NCBI GenBank assembly: GCA_963727895.1
Contig: CAVSHT010000005.1
Location: 384,001-448,000, forward strand
DNA length: 64,000 nucleotides
DNA from: an uncultured Methanosarcinaceae archaeon
GTDB lineage: Archaea > Halobacteriota > Methanosarcinia > Methanosarcinales > Methanosarcinaceae
Direction of reading: 5' to 3'
This document shows, piece after piece, positions 20,343-31,023 of the stretch. The notes below the pieces were generated by a model. It did no database searches. It saw only the letters and a list, made by a program, of their open reading frames with translations, and had not been told where the DNA came from. Position 1 is the first letter of the stretch; every line of letters starts with the position of its first letter. A program made the position numbers and the translations under genes.

Positions 20343-21215
20343 AGAGCCTATCCGAAAATTATTTTGATTCCTATGAATTGAATGTTTGGTAGTGACAAAA
20401 CGAAAAACGGTACAGGACTACAAGATACCTTTTGAATTCTGGAATAAAATCAAACCATTATTACCCCTGTCCAAATCTAAAAAGAAGCCTGGAAGACCTC
20501 TTGCAGATGATTGGAAAATCTGTATCGGTATTTTTTATGTCCTTCGTACTGGCTGCCAATGGAAAGCACTGCCAAGAAGTTATGGAGTCCCAAGTACCGT
20601 GCATGATCGATTCCAAGAGTGGCAGAAAGATGGCTTATTTGAAAGAATGTGGCAAGCTGGTCTGCTGGATTATGATAATGAAAAAGGGATAGATTGGGAA
20701 TGGCAAGCAATTGATGGAGCTATGACAAAAGCACCATTAGGTGGAGCTGGAACAGGTGCTAATCCTACTGATCGAGGCAAAAAAGGTACAAAAAGAAGTT
20801 TATCAACTGATGCAAAAGGCATACCTCTTTCTATTGTAACGGATGGAGTTAATCATCAAGATAAAATGCTTGTAAAAAAGACATTAGGCGCCATAATTTT
20901 AGAAAGATCTTCTCTATACGAGGGAATCCAAAATATATGTATGGATAAGGGATATGATTATCCTGATACCAGAGAGTTGGTTAAAGATTATGGTTATACT
21001 GCCCATATAAAGAGCCGGGGAGACGAAAAAATAAGAATAGATATTCCAGGGTTTAGAGCAAGAAGATAGGTTGTAGAAAGGACACATTCTTGGATAAACA
21101 GATTCAGAAGACTCCTTCTCATATGGGAAAAGAAAATTGAGAATTACCTTGCTATGCTACATTTAGCATGTGCATGCATAACTTTCAGAGCAGCAGGACT
21201 TTTCGGATAGGATCT
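20343..21215 (+). mobile_element. IS5-family element; transposase 20386-21210 has an in-frame TAG at 21067
   Basis: TIRs AGAGCCTATCCGAAAA / TTTTCGGATAGGATCT flanked by TA; LRTGCQW, IDG, DKGYD, R*VVER. Confidence 0.92.
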
Positions 21216-21612
21216 TATAATAAACTGTTATCGTAAATAGGCTTAAGATGGAAGGACGAAAAGAAGAAATGAGAGAGAAATGACGGAAAAATATTAGCAA
21301 AACTCGTCACATTTACCAGAATTTTCTTAGCAATACGCAGCACACTGATTACAATTTTAGTTTTTTCAAATAATTATTGATTTTGTTTTCTCTTTTTATA
21401 ATGTCAGTTTTTAGCCTAAAAACTTACAAGGGATAAGAACATTTTAGCATAGAAAATTCGTATTTTACCTATGCGAATGCAAACTCAAATATTGCATATG
21501 GTCTAAATAAACTTGTTTCTTTCCATAACCAACATTCAACGCAAAAATCCTATAAGAAACACATTAGGCACTTTTCTCAGGTTTTGAGGATATCGATTTA
21601 AATAGGTGTTAC

Positions 21613-22469
21613 GGTTCTGTTGCAAAAAATCATAATAAGGATTCAATTGAATAAGAAGAAAATCAATAGAACGATAATATGCTATCTAATTCCTTTAAGT
21701 GGAAACATTACGAAGGAGAAATCATTTTATTAAACGTCAGATGGTACCTAAAATATCCAGTAAGTTATAGAAATTTAGAGGAAATGATGGCAGAGAGGGG
21801 AGTAGAAGTTGATCATAGTACTATCATGAGATGGGTACATCAATACTCTCCTGAAATCGAAAAGAAGGTAAGAAGGCATTTAAGACCAACAAACGACTCT
21901 TGGAGAGTTGATGAAACTTACATCAGAGTTAAAGGTAAATGGAAATATTTTTACCGAGCAGTTGACTCAAATGGAGATACAATTGATTTCATGTTAAGTG
22001 CAAAACGAGATCAAAAAGCAGCAAAACGTTTCTTTAAGAAAGCTTTGAATTCTAATCATAATCAAATTCCAAGAGTAATCACAGTTGATAAAAATCCAGC
22101 TTATCCACCTGCTATAGATAAACTGAAAAATGATAAAATACTACCTATAAACGTAGGCATTCGACAAATCAAGTATTTGAATAACATTATAGAACAAGAT
22201 CATAGATCCATTAAACGAATAGTTAATCCAATGTTAGGATTTCAGTCTTTTAACACAGCTATTAAGACTTTAAAAGGAATTGAAGCTATGAATATGATTA
22301 AAAAAGGACAAATCAAAAACCTAAATTACTCTGGCTTTAATGAAGCTAAATATATTAATCAATTATTTGGAATAGTTCTATAATATTGACACATCTTTTT
22401 GAATATTTGTACTTTTGTTTATTGATTATGGATTTACATGCTTATTCTGAGATTTTTTGCAACGGAACC
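21613..22469 (+). mobile_element. IS6-family element with intact transposase (21679-22383)
   Basis: TIRs GGTTCTGTTGCAAAAA / TTTTTGCAACGGAACC; WRVDETY, TVDK, NNIIEQDHR; no TSD. Confidence 0.95.
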
Positions 22470-23260
22470 AATTAATATGTAAGGATGGATCATTCCTATG
22501 GACGCGTGTAAATGCTAAATCCCTTTTTGATAAGGATGGAAAGTTTATGGGCGTTATGAGCATGCTCACTGATATTACTGAACGTAAAAAAGCTGAAAAA
22601 GCTATGGCAAATTTTGAGATTGCACGCAAACAGGAAATTCACCACAGAATCAAAAATAACCTCCAGGTAATATCCTCGCTTCTCGACCTTCAGGCTGAGA
22701 AGTTCGATAATCCAAAAGTTATTGAGGCTTTCAGGGAAAGCCAGAACCGGATTATATCTATGGCTCTTATCCACGAAGAGCTTTATAAAGGTGAAGAAAC
22801 CGATACATTGGACTTTTCCACATACATTATCGAGTTAGCTGAAAACCTTTTCCAGACATATAGATTTAGTAGCAAAAATATCCATCTGAGCATGGATCTG
22901 GAAGAGAATGCGTTTTTTGATATGGATACTGCTGTCCCATTAGGGATAATTGTTAATGAACTTGTTTCTAATTCTCTCAAACATGCATTTCCCGGCAGAG
23001 ATGAAGGAGTAATCCAAATCAAACTCCGTAGAGAAGAAAATGAAGAACGCAAAAAGGAAAGCAATGAAAGTACTAGTCTTACTCTGACCGTTTCAGACAA
23101 TGGCGTGGGCATTTCAGAAAACCTTTATTTGGAAAATCCCAACAGTCTTGGGATACAGCTGATAACCACCCTTGTAGATCAATTAGATGGGAAACTTGAA
23201 CTGAAAAGAAATAATGGAACTGAATTCGCTATAAGGTTCACAGTAACAAAAGAAAAATAA
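22470..23260 (+). pseudogene. PAS + HisKA_2 sensor histidine kinase, 5' end removed at the IS6 end
   Basis: DITERK, EIHHRIKNNLQ, NELVSNSLKHAF, DNGVG; starts mid-PAS at the TIR. Confidence 0.9.
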
Positions 23261-23262
23261 AC

Positions 23263-24003
23263 GGCATTGTTATCTAAATATATCTAGTTCTTTATTTCTG
23301 TATTTCATCAATAGAATAACCGAGTACTTTAGTATTTCAAGACTCTTCGTATAACACTTTGTCTTTCTTCTCAACCTTGCCAGAAAGTGCCTCAATATAC
23401 TGTTATATCCCTCAACTGTAAATGTTTCTGCTTTTGATTGAGTATGACTCTTTTCAGGAAGAAACTCTGCATATGCCCTCCAGTGATCGGTCATTACTTC
23501 TCCAATGTCTTTTTTCTTCAATTTTTCCCAGAGTAGTTTTCCAGTTTCTGTTCCTCTGCTACCAAAAGAGCAGTTGATGAACTTTTTCCTAACTCTATCA
23601 ACAGCAATTCAGATCCAGCAATATTTTTTTTTGTTACCGATGTAAGTGTGCATCTCATCCATTTCAACAATAGATATCTCATTTTCACTTTTTAGAGCCT
23701 CTAACTCCTTACCAAATTTCTTGATCCATCTTTGGACAGAAACATGACTCACCCCTAAAAATCTTCCTATTGAGCGAAAGCCCAATCCTTCAAGATAGAG
23801 TTGTAAAGCCTGTTTTTTAACAGAGGCGGAAAAAGCAGTTGATTTTAGCTCTACTGTATAGTTATATCCACAATCATGGCATTTGCACCGTTGACGCCCG
23901 CCAACTATACCGTTCTTTTTGTGACTGGAACTATTGCATCTGGGGCAGTTAATGAAGAAATATACTTTCTAATAGTATATAACTATGTTTAAGTATCAAT
24001 GAC
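23263..24003 (-). mobile_element. IS1-family element, inactivated (start codon ATT, internal TGA)
   Basis: Ends GGCATTGTTATCTAAA / TTTAAGTATCAATGAC; near-identical to 43385-44123. Confidence 0.92.
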
Positions 24004-24546
24004 AAAAAGGAAAATGGAAATACCTTTATCGTGCAGTTGACTCAAATGAAGATACAATCGATTTCATGTTAAGTGCAAAACGAAATCAAAAAGTAGCGAA
24101 GATATTTCTTTAAGAAAGCTTTGAATTCTAATCATAATCAAATTCCAAGAGTAATAACAGTTGATAAAAATCCAGCTTATCCACCTGCTATAGATAAACT
24201 GAAAAATGATAAAATACTACCTATAAACGTAGGCATTAGACAAATCAAGTATTTGAATAACATTATAGAACAAGATCATAGATCCATTAAATGAATAGTT
24301 AATCCAATGTTAGGATTTCAATCTATTCAATCTGCTAATAAGACTTCAGAAGAAACTGAAGCTATGAATATGATTGAAAAAGGATAAATCAAGAATCTAA
24401 ATTACTCTGTTCTTAATGAAGTCAAATACATTAATAAATTGTTTTGGCATATTTTTATAATGTTAGTGCATTTTCCTTGAATATTTTTATTTTTATTCAT
24501 TATCCATAGGTCTACATGCTTATTATGAGATTTTTGCAACGGGACC
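24004..24546 (+). mobile_element. IS6 3' remnant truncated by IS1
   Basis: Homology to about 21930-22469 with stops; right TIR TTGCAACGGGACC. Confidence 0.9.
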
Positions 24547-24732
24547 GCAATCAGAGTTGCTTCTCTTTTTGTGGAATAAAAAATAAAGGGTAATTTTTTA
24601 ATGAAATTTTGATAAATTTTTTAAGTAAACAGAATTTTGAGGATTGTTATAAATCCATCGATAATTAAACCAGAGTTTCAGAAAACCTTGCTACCTTTTT
24701 TCATATTAAACTCCTTTAAAAAATGCTTCATA

Positions 24733-27318
24733 TTAAACTCCCATAAAATAATGCCCTGTAGTATATTCAACACCTCTTGAAGGTTTTAACCTGTTTTCCT
24801 TTCCTGCAAGAGCTTTTTTGTAGGCCGTTATAATTTCTTTTATCTCGGCTTCAGTATTAAACGATAAATCAAGCCGTATTACGTCAACTCCGTATTCTTT
24901 CAGGTTTTTGACATATTTCAGCATATCAAGAACTTTTGAGTTATAAATCAGGGTTCGGGTACCCAGGCGTTTTACCGGAAACTCCGACCCTTCCTTATCA
25001 ACGAGAAGTACATCACTATCCTTTCTTACGATCCTTCTATCAATAAGAGGCTTCAAAAGGTCATTTTCCGTAATGAGCATAAGTTCTCTGCCATAGACAA
25101 AAATTTCAGTTTGTCCCGAAGCATTACAGGTCTGAAGGAACTCACAAATATTTTTTATCTCGCTTAAATTCAGTTCACTTGATAAGGCTACTCTATATGC
25201 TCCTGCCTGGTAGAGCGTACTAGCTGTAAAAGCATTGAAAATATTGAATTCTTTTCCTGCAGTAAAAGGTATGGAAAGCTTTTTTGCAAGCTGTACAGCA
25301 CCAAACTCATAACAAGCTATCCCAAAACCTGCAGCTTTTACTTTTTCCAGCAAAGGCTTGAGGTTATTCAGTTCATTTTCATGGTTTATTAAGGGAACCT
25401 TGAAGACGAGTTCCACTCTTTCGGCTTTCAAGTCTTCAAGTTTTTCTGCGTTTTCGGGTGCTGTAAGCTCTTCAAACTCTGAAACTGGAATGTATATTAT
25501 ATCTGCACCGGCAAATGCAGCTTCAAAGAGAGAAGAGTTATCATTTACCTCAACGCTCAAAAGGATCTGCTTTGAAGAGATATTTTTGTTCCAGGTCTTA
25601 CTGAAAGTATCACCGGCAGTTGCAGCGTTTTCGTTTTTATTGTCCGTTTCACTGCTGCCAGATTCAGAATCACACAGATAATTAAAATCTGCGAAATCAG
25701 GATGCTTTTGTTCTTTTCTATTTGCACTGAGAATTTTTTCCAGCAAGAGATCTGCAGCTTTTCGCCTTGTATTCTTCAGCACGCCTACTGGAATAAAGAT
25801 ATCTTCATTAGCTCCGATTTCAACAGAGACAGCCTCAAAAGAAGTGTCTCCAAGACTTTCCATTGCCTTTCTGATTTGTTCAATTGTAGTTGGGGCTTTC
25901 TTTGCTTCCTGGACAATGTAATCATCTGCAAATTCTATAACAGGAGCTTCCTCTTGAACCTCTCTGGGATTTTCACTTTCTTCTTTAATTAAAACCGAAA
26001 ACTTGTCTCCTTTCCTGGCTTTTACTTTAAGGCTCACAGAAATCGTTTTCAACTTTGTTTTTTGAAGAGAACCGAGGAGCTGCGTGTCTGTTGTGAGATA
26101 AAGTTTGTCTCCTCTCTGGACTGCTTTTCCGGTCTTTGAGCTGATTTCAAGCCCTACCTTTTCACCTTTTTTTGCACTTTTTATACGTTCTCCTGAAATA
26201 GTAATTATACCTGTAACTGCTGAGCCAAGCATTCTCTCTCGCGTGAAAATGCTTATACCATCTTTTACCTGGATATTTTCATTCAGTCGAACTGTAAGTT
26301 TCGTGTTTCCTTTTGAACGGGAAATATCGAGGACCTTTCCAAGAAATGCACCGTAGTTTGAGCTGTATTTTGGATGAGAAACACTCTTTTCCTCAAGTAT
26401 AAAACCCTTCGTAAAACCCCTGTAAAAGAGTTTTGCAAGCTCGTTTTCCTTCGATTCAAGTTCTTCCTTTGTCGGATTTTCTCCTGGACCACAGATTCCT
26501 TTAACTACGGATTTATAGGCAGCCGCACTAGCAGTTACATATTCAGGTTTTTTCATCCTTCCTTCTATTTTAAGGCTTACAACCCCTGTTTTTACAATTT
26601 CTTCAAGTCCCGTTAGAGTGGAAAGTTCGGCACAACTTATGGGATAACTGCCGCCAACATGCCTTTCATCAACGTCTCTGCCATTTACCACGAACCTGTA
26701 TCGACGTCTACAAGGCTGGGCACAAGCTCCACGATTCGCACTCCTGCCATGCAAAAAACTGCTGAAAAGGCATTTGCCAGAATAGGAATAGCAAAGAGCT
26801 CCGTGAACAAAGACTTCAATTTCCGTATTGGAATTGTCTACTATGTCCTTTACCTCAGCGGCAGTAAGTTCTCTTGAAACTATAACCCTTTTTGCTCCAA
26901 GATCTGCTAAAAAATCAACTCCACCTTTATTGTGAACAGTCATCTGAGTGCTTGCGTGAAGCTGCAGGTCTGGATAAATTTCCTTTAAAAGCCTTAGAAG
27001 CCCCAGATCCTGAAAGATAATAGCATCGATTCCTGCTGCATATGCATGATCCACTATCTCAAGTGCGTGCTGAAGCTCTTTTTGTTTTATTGGAATATTA
27101 AGAGCCAGATAAACTAAAATTCCGTGTGAATGAGCCAGTTTTACAGATGAATCAAGGTCATCAAGAGTGAAATTCTCTGCACCCTGACGGGCGTTGAATT
27201 CGCCAACTCCTAGATATACAGCATCAGCTCCTCCTCGAATTGCAGCGAGCAGGGCTTCTTCGTCACCCACAGGAGCCAGGATTTCAGGAGGAATACAGGT
27301 GAAGTTTTTAGTAGACAT
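24733..27318 (-). CDS. Peptidase U32-family protein with DUF3656 region (RlhA-like RNA hydroxylase)
   Basis: EILAPVG, GADAVYLG, HASTQ, HGALCYSYSGKC, NRGACAQPCR, KIEGRMK; 861 aa. Confidence 0.9.
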   Translation of the reverse strand: MSTKNFTCIPPEILAPVGDEEALLAAIRGGADAVYLGVGEFNARQGAENFTLDDLDSSVKLAHSHGILVYLALNIPIKQKELQHALEIVDHAYAAGIDAIIFQDLGLLRLLKEIYPDLQLHASTQMTVHNKGGVDFLADLGAKRVIVSRELTAAEVKDIVDNSNTEIEVFVHGALCYSYSGKCLFSSFLHGRSANRGACAQPCRRRYRFVVNGRDVDERHVGGSYPISCAELSTLTGLEEIVKTGVVSLKIEGRMKKPEYVTASAAAYKSVVKGICGPGENPTKEELESKENELAKLFYRGFTKGFILEEKSVSHPKYSSNYGAFLGKVLDISRSKGNTKLTVRLNENIQVKDGISIFTRERMLGSAVTGIITISGERIKSAKKGEKVGLEISSKTGKAVQRGDKLYLTTDTQLLGSLQKTKLKTISVSLKVKARKGDKFSVLIKEESENPREVQEEAPVIEFADDYIVQEAKKAPTTIEQIRKAMESLGDTSFEAVSVEIGANEDIFIPVGVLKNTRRKAADLLLEKILSANRKEQKHPDFADFNYLCDSESGSSETDNKNENAATAGDTFSKTWNKNISSKQILLSVEVNDNSSLFEAAFAGADIIYIPVSEFEELTAPENAEKLEDLKAERVELVFKVPLINHENELNNLKPLLEKVKAAGFGIACYEFGAVQLAKKLSIPFTAGKEFNIFNAFTASTLYQAGAYRVALSSELNLSEIKNICEFLQTCNASGQTEIFVYGRELMLITENDLLKPLIDRRIVRKDSDVLLVDKEGSEFPVKRLGTRTLIYNSKVLDMLKYVKNLKEYGVDVIRLDLSFNTEAEIKEIITAYKKALAGKENRLKPSRGVEYTTGHYFMGV

Positions 27319-28339
27319 TTTGATCAGTTTTTCCGGTAACTAGAATGTTTTTGTAATTATAAAGGAGCTATGAAAACGATTTACATCAATAGATTAGCAG
27401 TATGCAGGTAAATGAATAAAGACAAGTAAGATGAGTAAAGACATTACGTTCAATTTAAGACGTAAAGGTGTTTCTTGCATAAAAATGGATGGGTCAGCCC
27501 TGAATATTTTCCTGATAGAAAATACTTATTGTAAACCTGAAAACTTTACACTTAAAACTTTAACTTAGTATTATAGTAAATACGACTTATTTTAGATAAC
27601 CTTTCGATTTCAGGCTTATTTCTGCTTATTATTTCTGTTTATTTACAAATTTAAGGATCTATGAATAAATCTAAAGTTTTTCCAGGGTTTTAGCTGAAAT
27701 CAAACTGTTTTATTCACTTTTTTAGTTATATACTAATTAATATCTATTTTTGATTAAAATAAGACTGGTTTATCCCCTTAAATGCCCCATTAATACAAAA
27801 CTAATTTACTTGTTGAAATAAAAACAAGTGTAAATCTATATATAGATATATAAATAATTCTCATTTATATAAAACTTAGCTGTGACTAAATAACTATCTG
27901 AACATGGTTTTTCGCTTTGTTGTATGATTGTACAGGATTCTAACTCGTTTGAATCCTTTTACTCTCTAATAAATGATGAAGCTTCGTAAAACGAATAAGT
28001 GCTGCATTAATGCACACCACAAGATTATATGCAGTTACCAGTCCGGCATAGGCAAGCTAATTAATTTTGCAACAAGGCAACTATACTCGAATCTGCATAT
28101 TTTCAGAAGCTTCATAGGATGAATTATGATGCCATTTGAACTATTTGAGAGGGTCGAAGCTTACTGCCATGATCTCTCAAAAATAGGTAAAATTATAAAA
28201 AAATATCAATTTTTACAGAAACATAATACAACCTTTTTCTCTTTGAACAGGTTCTTACACCTGGCAATAGCAAAAGTAGTTCCGGAGTTTCAAAACCAGA
28301 CCTCCAAAAAGATAGCTTTACCGCTTAAGGAGATCCGGT

Positions 28340-29761
28340 ATGGTAAATGATGAAGAAATGAAATCCGGGAATATAGTGAATCTGTTCTTCAAATTTGCAT
28401 TTCCTGCAGTTGTAGGAGTTGTTGTTGCTGGGATCCAGGGAATAATTGATGGCTTATTTATAGGAAATGCTATAGGAAGCCAGGGACTTGCAGCAATAAC
28501 CCTTGCTTACCCTGCTTATTTGGTTATAGTTTCCATGGGCGTAATCATTGGGATGGGTGCATCCAGTCTGACAGCGTTGCAACTTGGAAAGGGAAATATC
28601 AGCGGAGCTCTAGATATAATACACAATGTTTTTTTCCTTTGCCTTCTTACAGGAGCAGTTTTTACTGTAGTCGGAATAATTTTTTGTGAAACTTCAATTA
28701 CTCTCCTTGGAGCCAGTGGGCATACCCTTGATTTTGCCCGCGAGTATTTAAGGATCATCTCCATTGGCTCAGTTTTTATGATCATTTCAATTGCTCTTGA
28801 TCCTCTGGTAAGAAACGATGGAAAACCCAGACTTTCTATGAATATCATGATTGCAGGAGTTATTGTAAATCTTGTACTTGACTATATTTTTATCATGCGC
28901 ATGGGTCTGGGAATATCAGGAGCTGCCTTTGCCACAATAATTTCCTTTGCTCTTCCAGCGGTACTATTTATGTATTATCTTTTTAGCAGCAAGGCAAAAT
29001 TAAGACTCCGATTTAAAGCTATGAAATTAAAATTTGGAACCCTACTCCAGATTCTTAAAGCCGGTCTTCCGTCTTTTGCGATGCAATTTTCACTGGCTCT
29101 CGTATTATTTGCGCATAATTACATGCTGCTTAGATACGGATCCGAAATTGCAGTCTCAGCTTATGGTATTATAGGATATGTTTTTTCAATTTTTTATATG
29201 CTTTTTGAAGGAATAGCCCTTGGAGTACAGCCAATAATAGGCTTCAATTACGGAGCTGGCTACTATAAAAGAGTTTCACAGATTCTGAAACTGACAATGC
29301 TTTCATGTATCCTTATAGGAGCCTTAGGATTTGTGCTAATCTATACTTTTCCAGAAAGAGTGGTGCGAATCTTTAGCCAGAATGAATCAGAACTTCTTAA
29401 AGTTACACTGCAAGGTATGAAGATCTGCATGTTATCTTTGTTCGTTGAAGGTACTGTACTTCTCACTGTTATTTATTATCAGTCAATAAACAGAGTTAAA
29501 GAAGCACTCTTTATATATTTAGGGAAAATTTTTATTTTCCTTTTACCCCTGCTTTTTATCCTGCCTGTATTCTTTGGTTTGGCTGGAGTATGGTTTGCAT
29601 CTCCTGCTACAGAATATATAATGGCAGTGATAACGTTAGTCATGCTTTATAGGGAATTTAAGTTCCTCAGCCAGAATTCACAATTAGAAGATAAAAATAA
29701 AAATTATACAAAAAAAGAATTAAAGGTAGTTATAGACGCTGGAAAAACCAAAGCTGAGTAG
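28340..29761 (+). CDS. MATE family efflux transporter
   Basis: About 12 TMs; IDGLFIG..G..GLAA, NLVLDYIFI..G..GAA.AT, QPIIGFNYGAG. Confidence 0.93.
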   Translation: MVNDEEMKSGNIVNLFFKFAFPAVVGVVVAGIQGIIDGLFIGNAIGSQGLAAITLAYPAYLVIVSMGVIIGMGASSLTALQLGKGNISGALDIIHNVFFLCLLTGAVFTVVGIIFCETSITLLGASGHTLDFAREYLRIISIGSVFMIISIALDPLVRNDGKPRLSMNIMIAGVIVNLVLDYIFIMRMGLGISGAAFATIISFALPAVLFMYYLFSSKAKLRLRFKAMKLKFGTLLQILKAGLPSFAMQFSLALVLFAHNYMLLRYGSEIAVSAYGIIGYVFSIFYMLFEGIALGVQPIIGFNYGAGYYKRVSQILKLTMLSCILIGALGFVLIYTFPERVVRIFSQNESELLKVTLQGMKICMLSLFVEGTVLLTVIYYQSINRVKEALFIYLGKIFIFLLPLLFILPVFFGLAGVWFASPATEYIMAVITLVMLYREFKFLSQNSQLEDKNKNYTKKELKVVIDAGKTKAE

Positions 29762-29816
29762 ACTCTATAGTCCAGTTTACATAAAAATTAGTCAAATCAA
29801 AATATTAAAATTGTTT

Positions 29817-29970
29817 TTCTTAGTGACAGATTCTTAGTGACAGATTCTTAGTGACAGATTCTTAGTGACAGATTCTTAGTGACAGATTCTTAGTGACAGA
29901 TTCTTAGTGACAGATTCTTAGTGACAGATTCTTAGTGACAGATTCTTAGTGATAGATTCTTAGTGATAGA
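29817..29970. repeat. Tandem repeat, 11 x 14 bp (TTCTTAGTGACAGA; last two copies ...GATAGA)
   Basis: Direct reading; no spacers. Confidence 0.97.
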
Positions 29971-30129
29971 TGATTTATACCGTTTGGAGCCAAAAATTAA
30001 AAGCCTGCAAGACAATTTATGATAAGATTAAATTTGGAAATTGTTTCAGTTTGGATTTTAGCCAACTGTTAGATTCGGTTGTCAAAAATTAGCTTTAAAG
30101 GTGTCTATATAAGAAGTTGGGGGAATATT

Positions 30130-30978
30130 CTGGTTACACTTGACAGCACAACAATTAGCCTTTGGGATTTGATGTCAGTTCTATTTGTAATTCTGTTTCT
30201 CTATGCAGTGATCTACCCACAGTCGCAGATAAAACAAATCCGACTGCGACGCATGACAAAACTGAAAGCTATGGAAAAAAGACACAACTGCAAGGTACTT
30301 ACTATGATTCACAGGCGGGAGGCGTTTTCTCTTTTCGAGCTGCCTGCTTATCAGTACATAGATGAGGAAGATGCCGAGCAGATCCTGCGCTGGATAAGAA
30401 AATATAAGGATTACCCGCTTGAGCTGATTCTGCACACGCCTGGCGGGCAGCTTCATTCTAGCATTCAGATTGCACGCGCCCTCAGGAGACACCCAAAAAA
30501 CACAAAAGTTGTTATCCCGCACTATTCAATGTCAGGAGGCACAATTATTGCTCTTGCAGCAAATGAAATCGTGATGGATAAAGATGCAGTCATCGGGCCA
30601 ATTGATCCCCAGATAGGAGATTTCCTTCATGGAACCTATCCCGCCCCCTCCTGGATTTACGCCGCAGAAACAAAAAAAGAAAAAGCCGATGATACTACTC
30701 TTGTTATGAGCGATATCTCAAGAAAAGCTCTCAACCTCACTCGAAATGTCGTAAAAGAACTTCTCGAAGGCAAAATTCAACCAGACCCTACAGGAGAAAG
30801 CAGGCTTGATGAAGTTGTTGAAAAACTAGTCAGCGGAGAAATGATTCACAGCGCACCTCTCTCAGCTAGCGAAGCGAAAGAAATAGGGCTTTCCGTAAAT
30901 ACGGATTTTCCGGAAGACGTGCACGAGTTTATGAAGCTCTTCAAGCCTGTAAAAAAGAGTGTGGAATATCCAGAATAA
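30130..30978 (+). CDS. ClpP-class serine protease (SDH_sah family), probable CTG start
   Basis: LHTPGG, MSGGTIIALAA, GPIDPQ; GGGGGA RBS before CTG 30130. Confidence 0.88.
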   Translation: MVTLDSTTISLWDLMSVLFVILFLYAVIYPQSQIKQIRLRRMTKLKAMEKRHNCKVLTMIHRREAFSLFELPAYQYIDEEDAEQILRWIRKYKDYPLELILHTPGGQLHSSIQIARALRRHPKNTKVVIPHYSMSGGTIIALAANEIVMDKDAVIGPIDPQIGDFLHGTYPAPSWIYAAETKKEKADDTTLVMSDISRKALNLTRNVVKELLEGKIQPDPTGESRLDEVVEKLVSGEMIHSAPLSASEAKEIGLSVNTDFPEDVHEFMKLFKPVKKSVEYPE

Positions 30979-31023
30979 ATTAGACTGAAGGTTTATTAGT
31001 GCAGAAAGCTCAGTAATAGTTAT

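Noticed and set aside
21613..24546. Composite IS6 transposon carrying a histidine kinase
   Set aside because: Outer flanks (GGTGTTAC vs GCAATCAG) do not match, the kinase is truncated and the second IS6 is a remnant.
28126..28350. 74-aa ORF before MATE
   Set aside because: No recognisable features; more likely part of a long leader, though a uORF is not excluded.
29817..29970. CRISPR array
   Set aside because: Units are contiguous 14-mers with no unique spacers.
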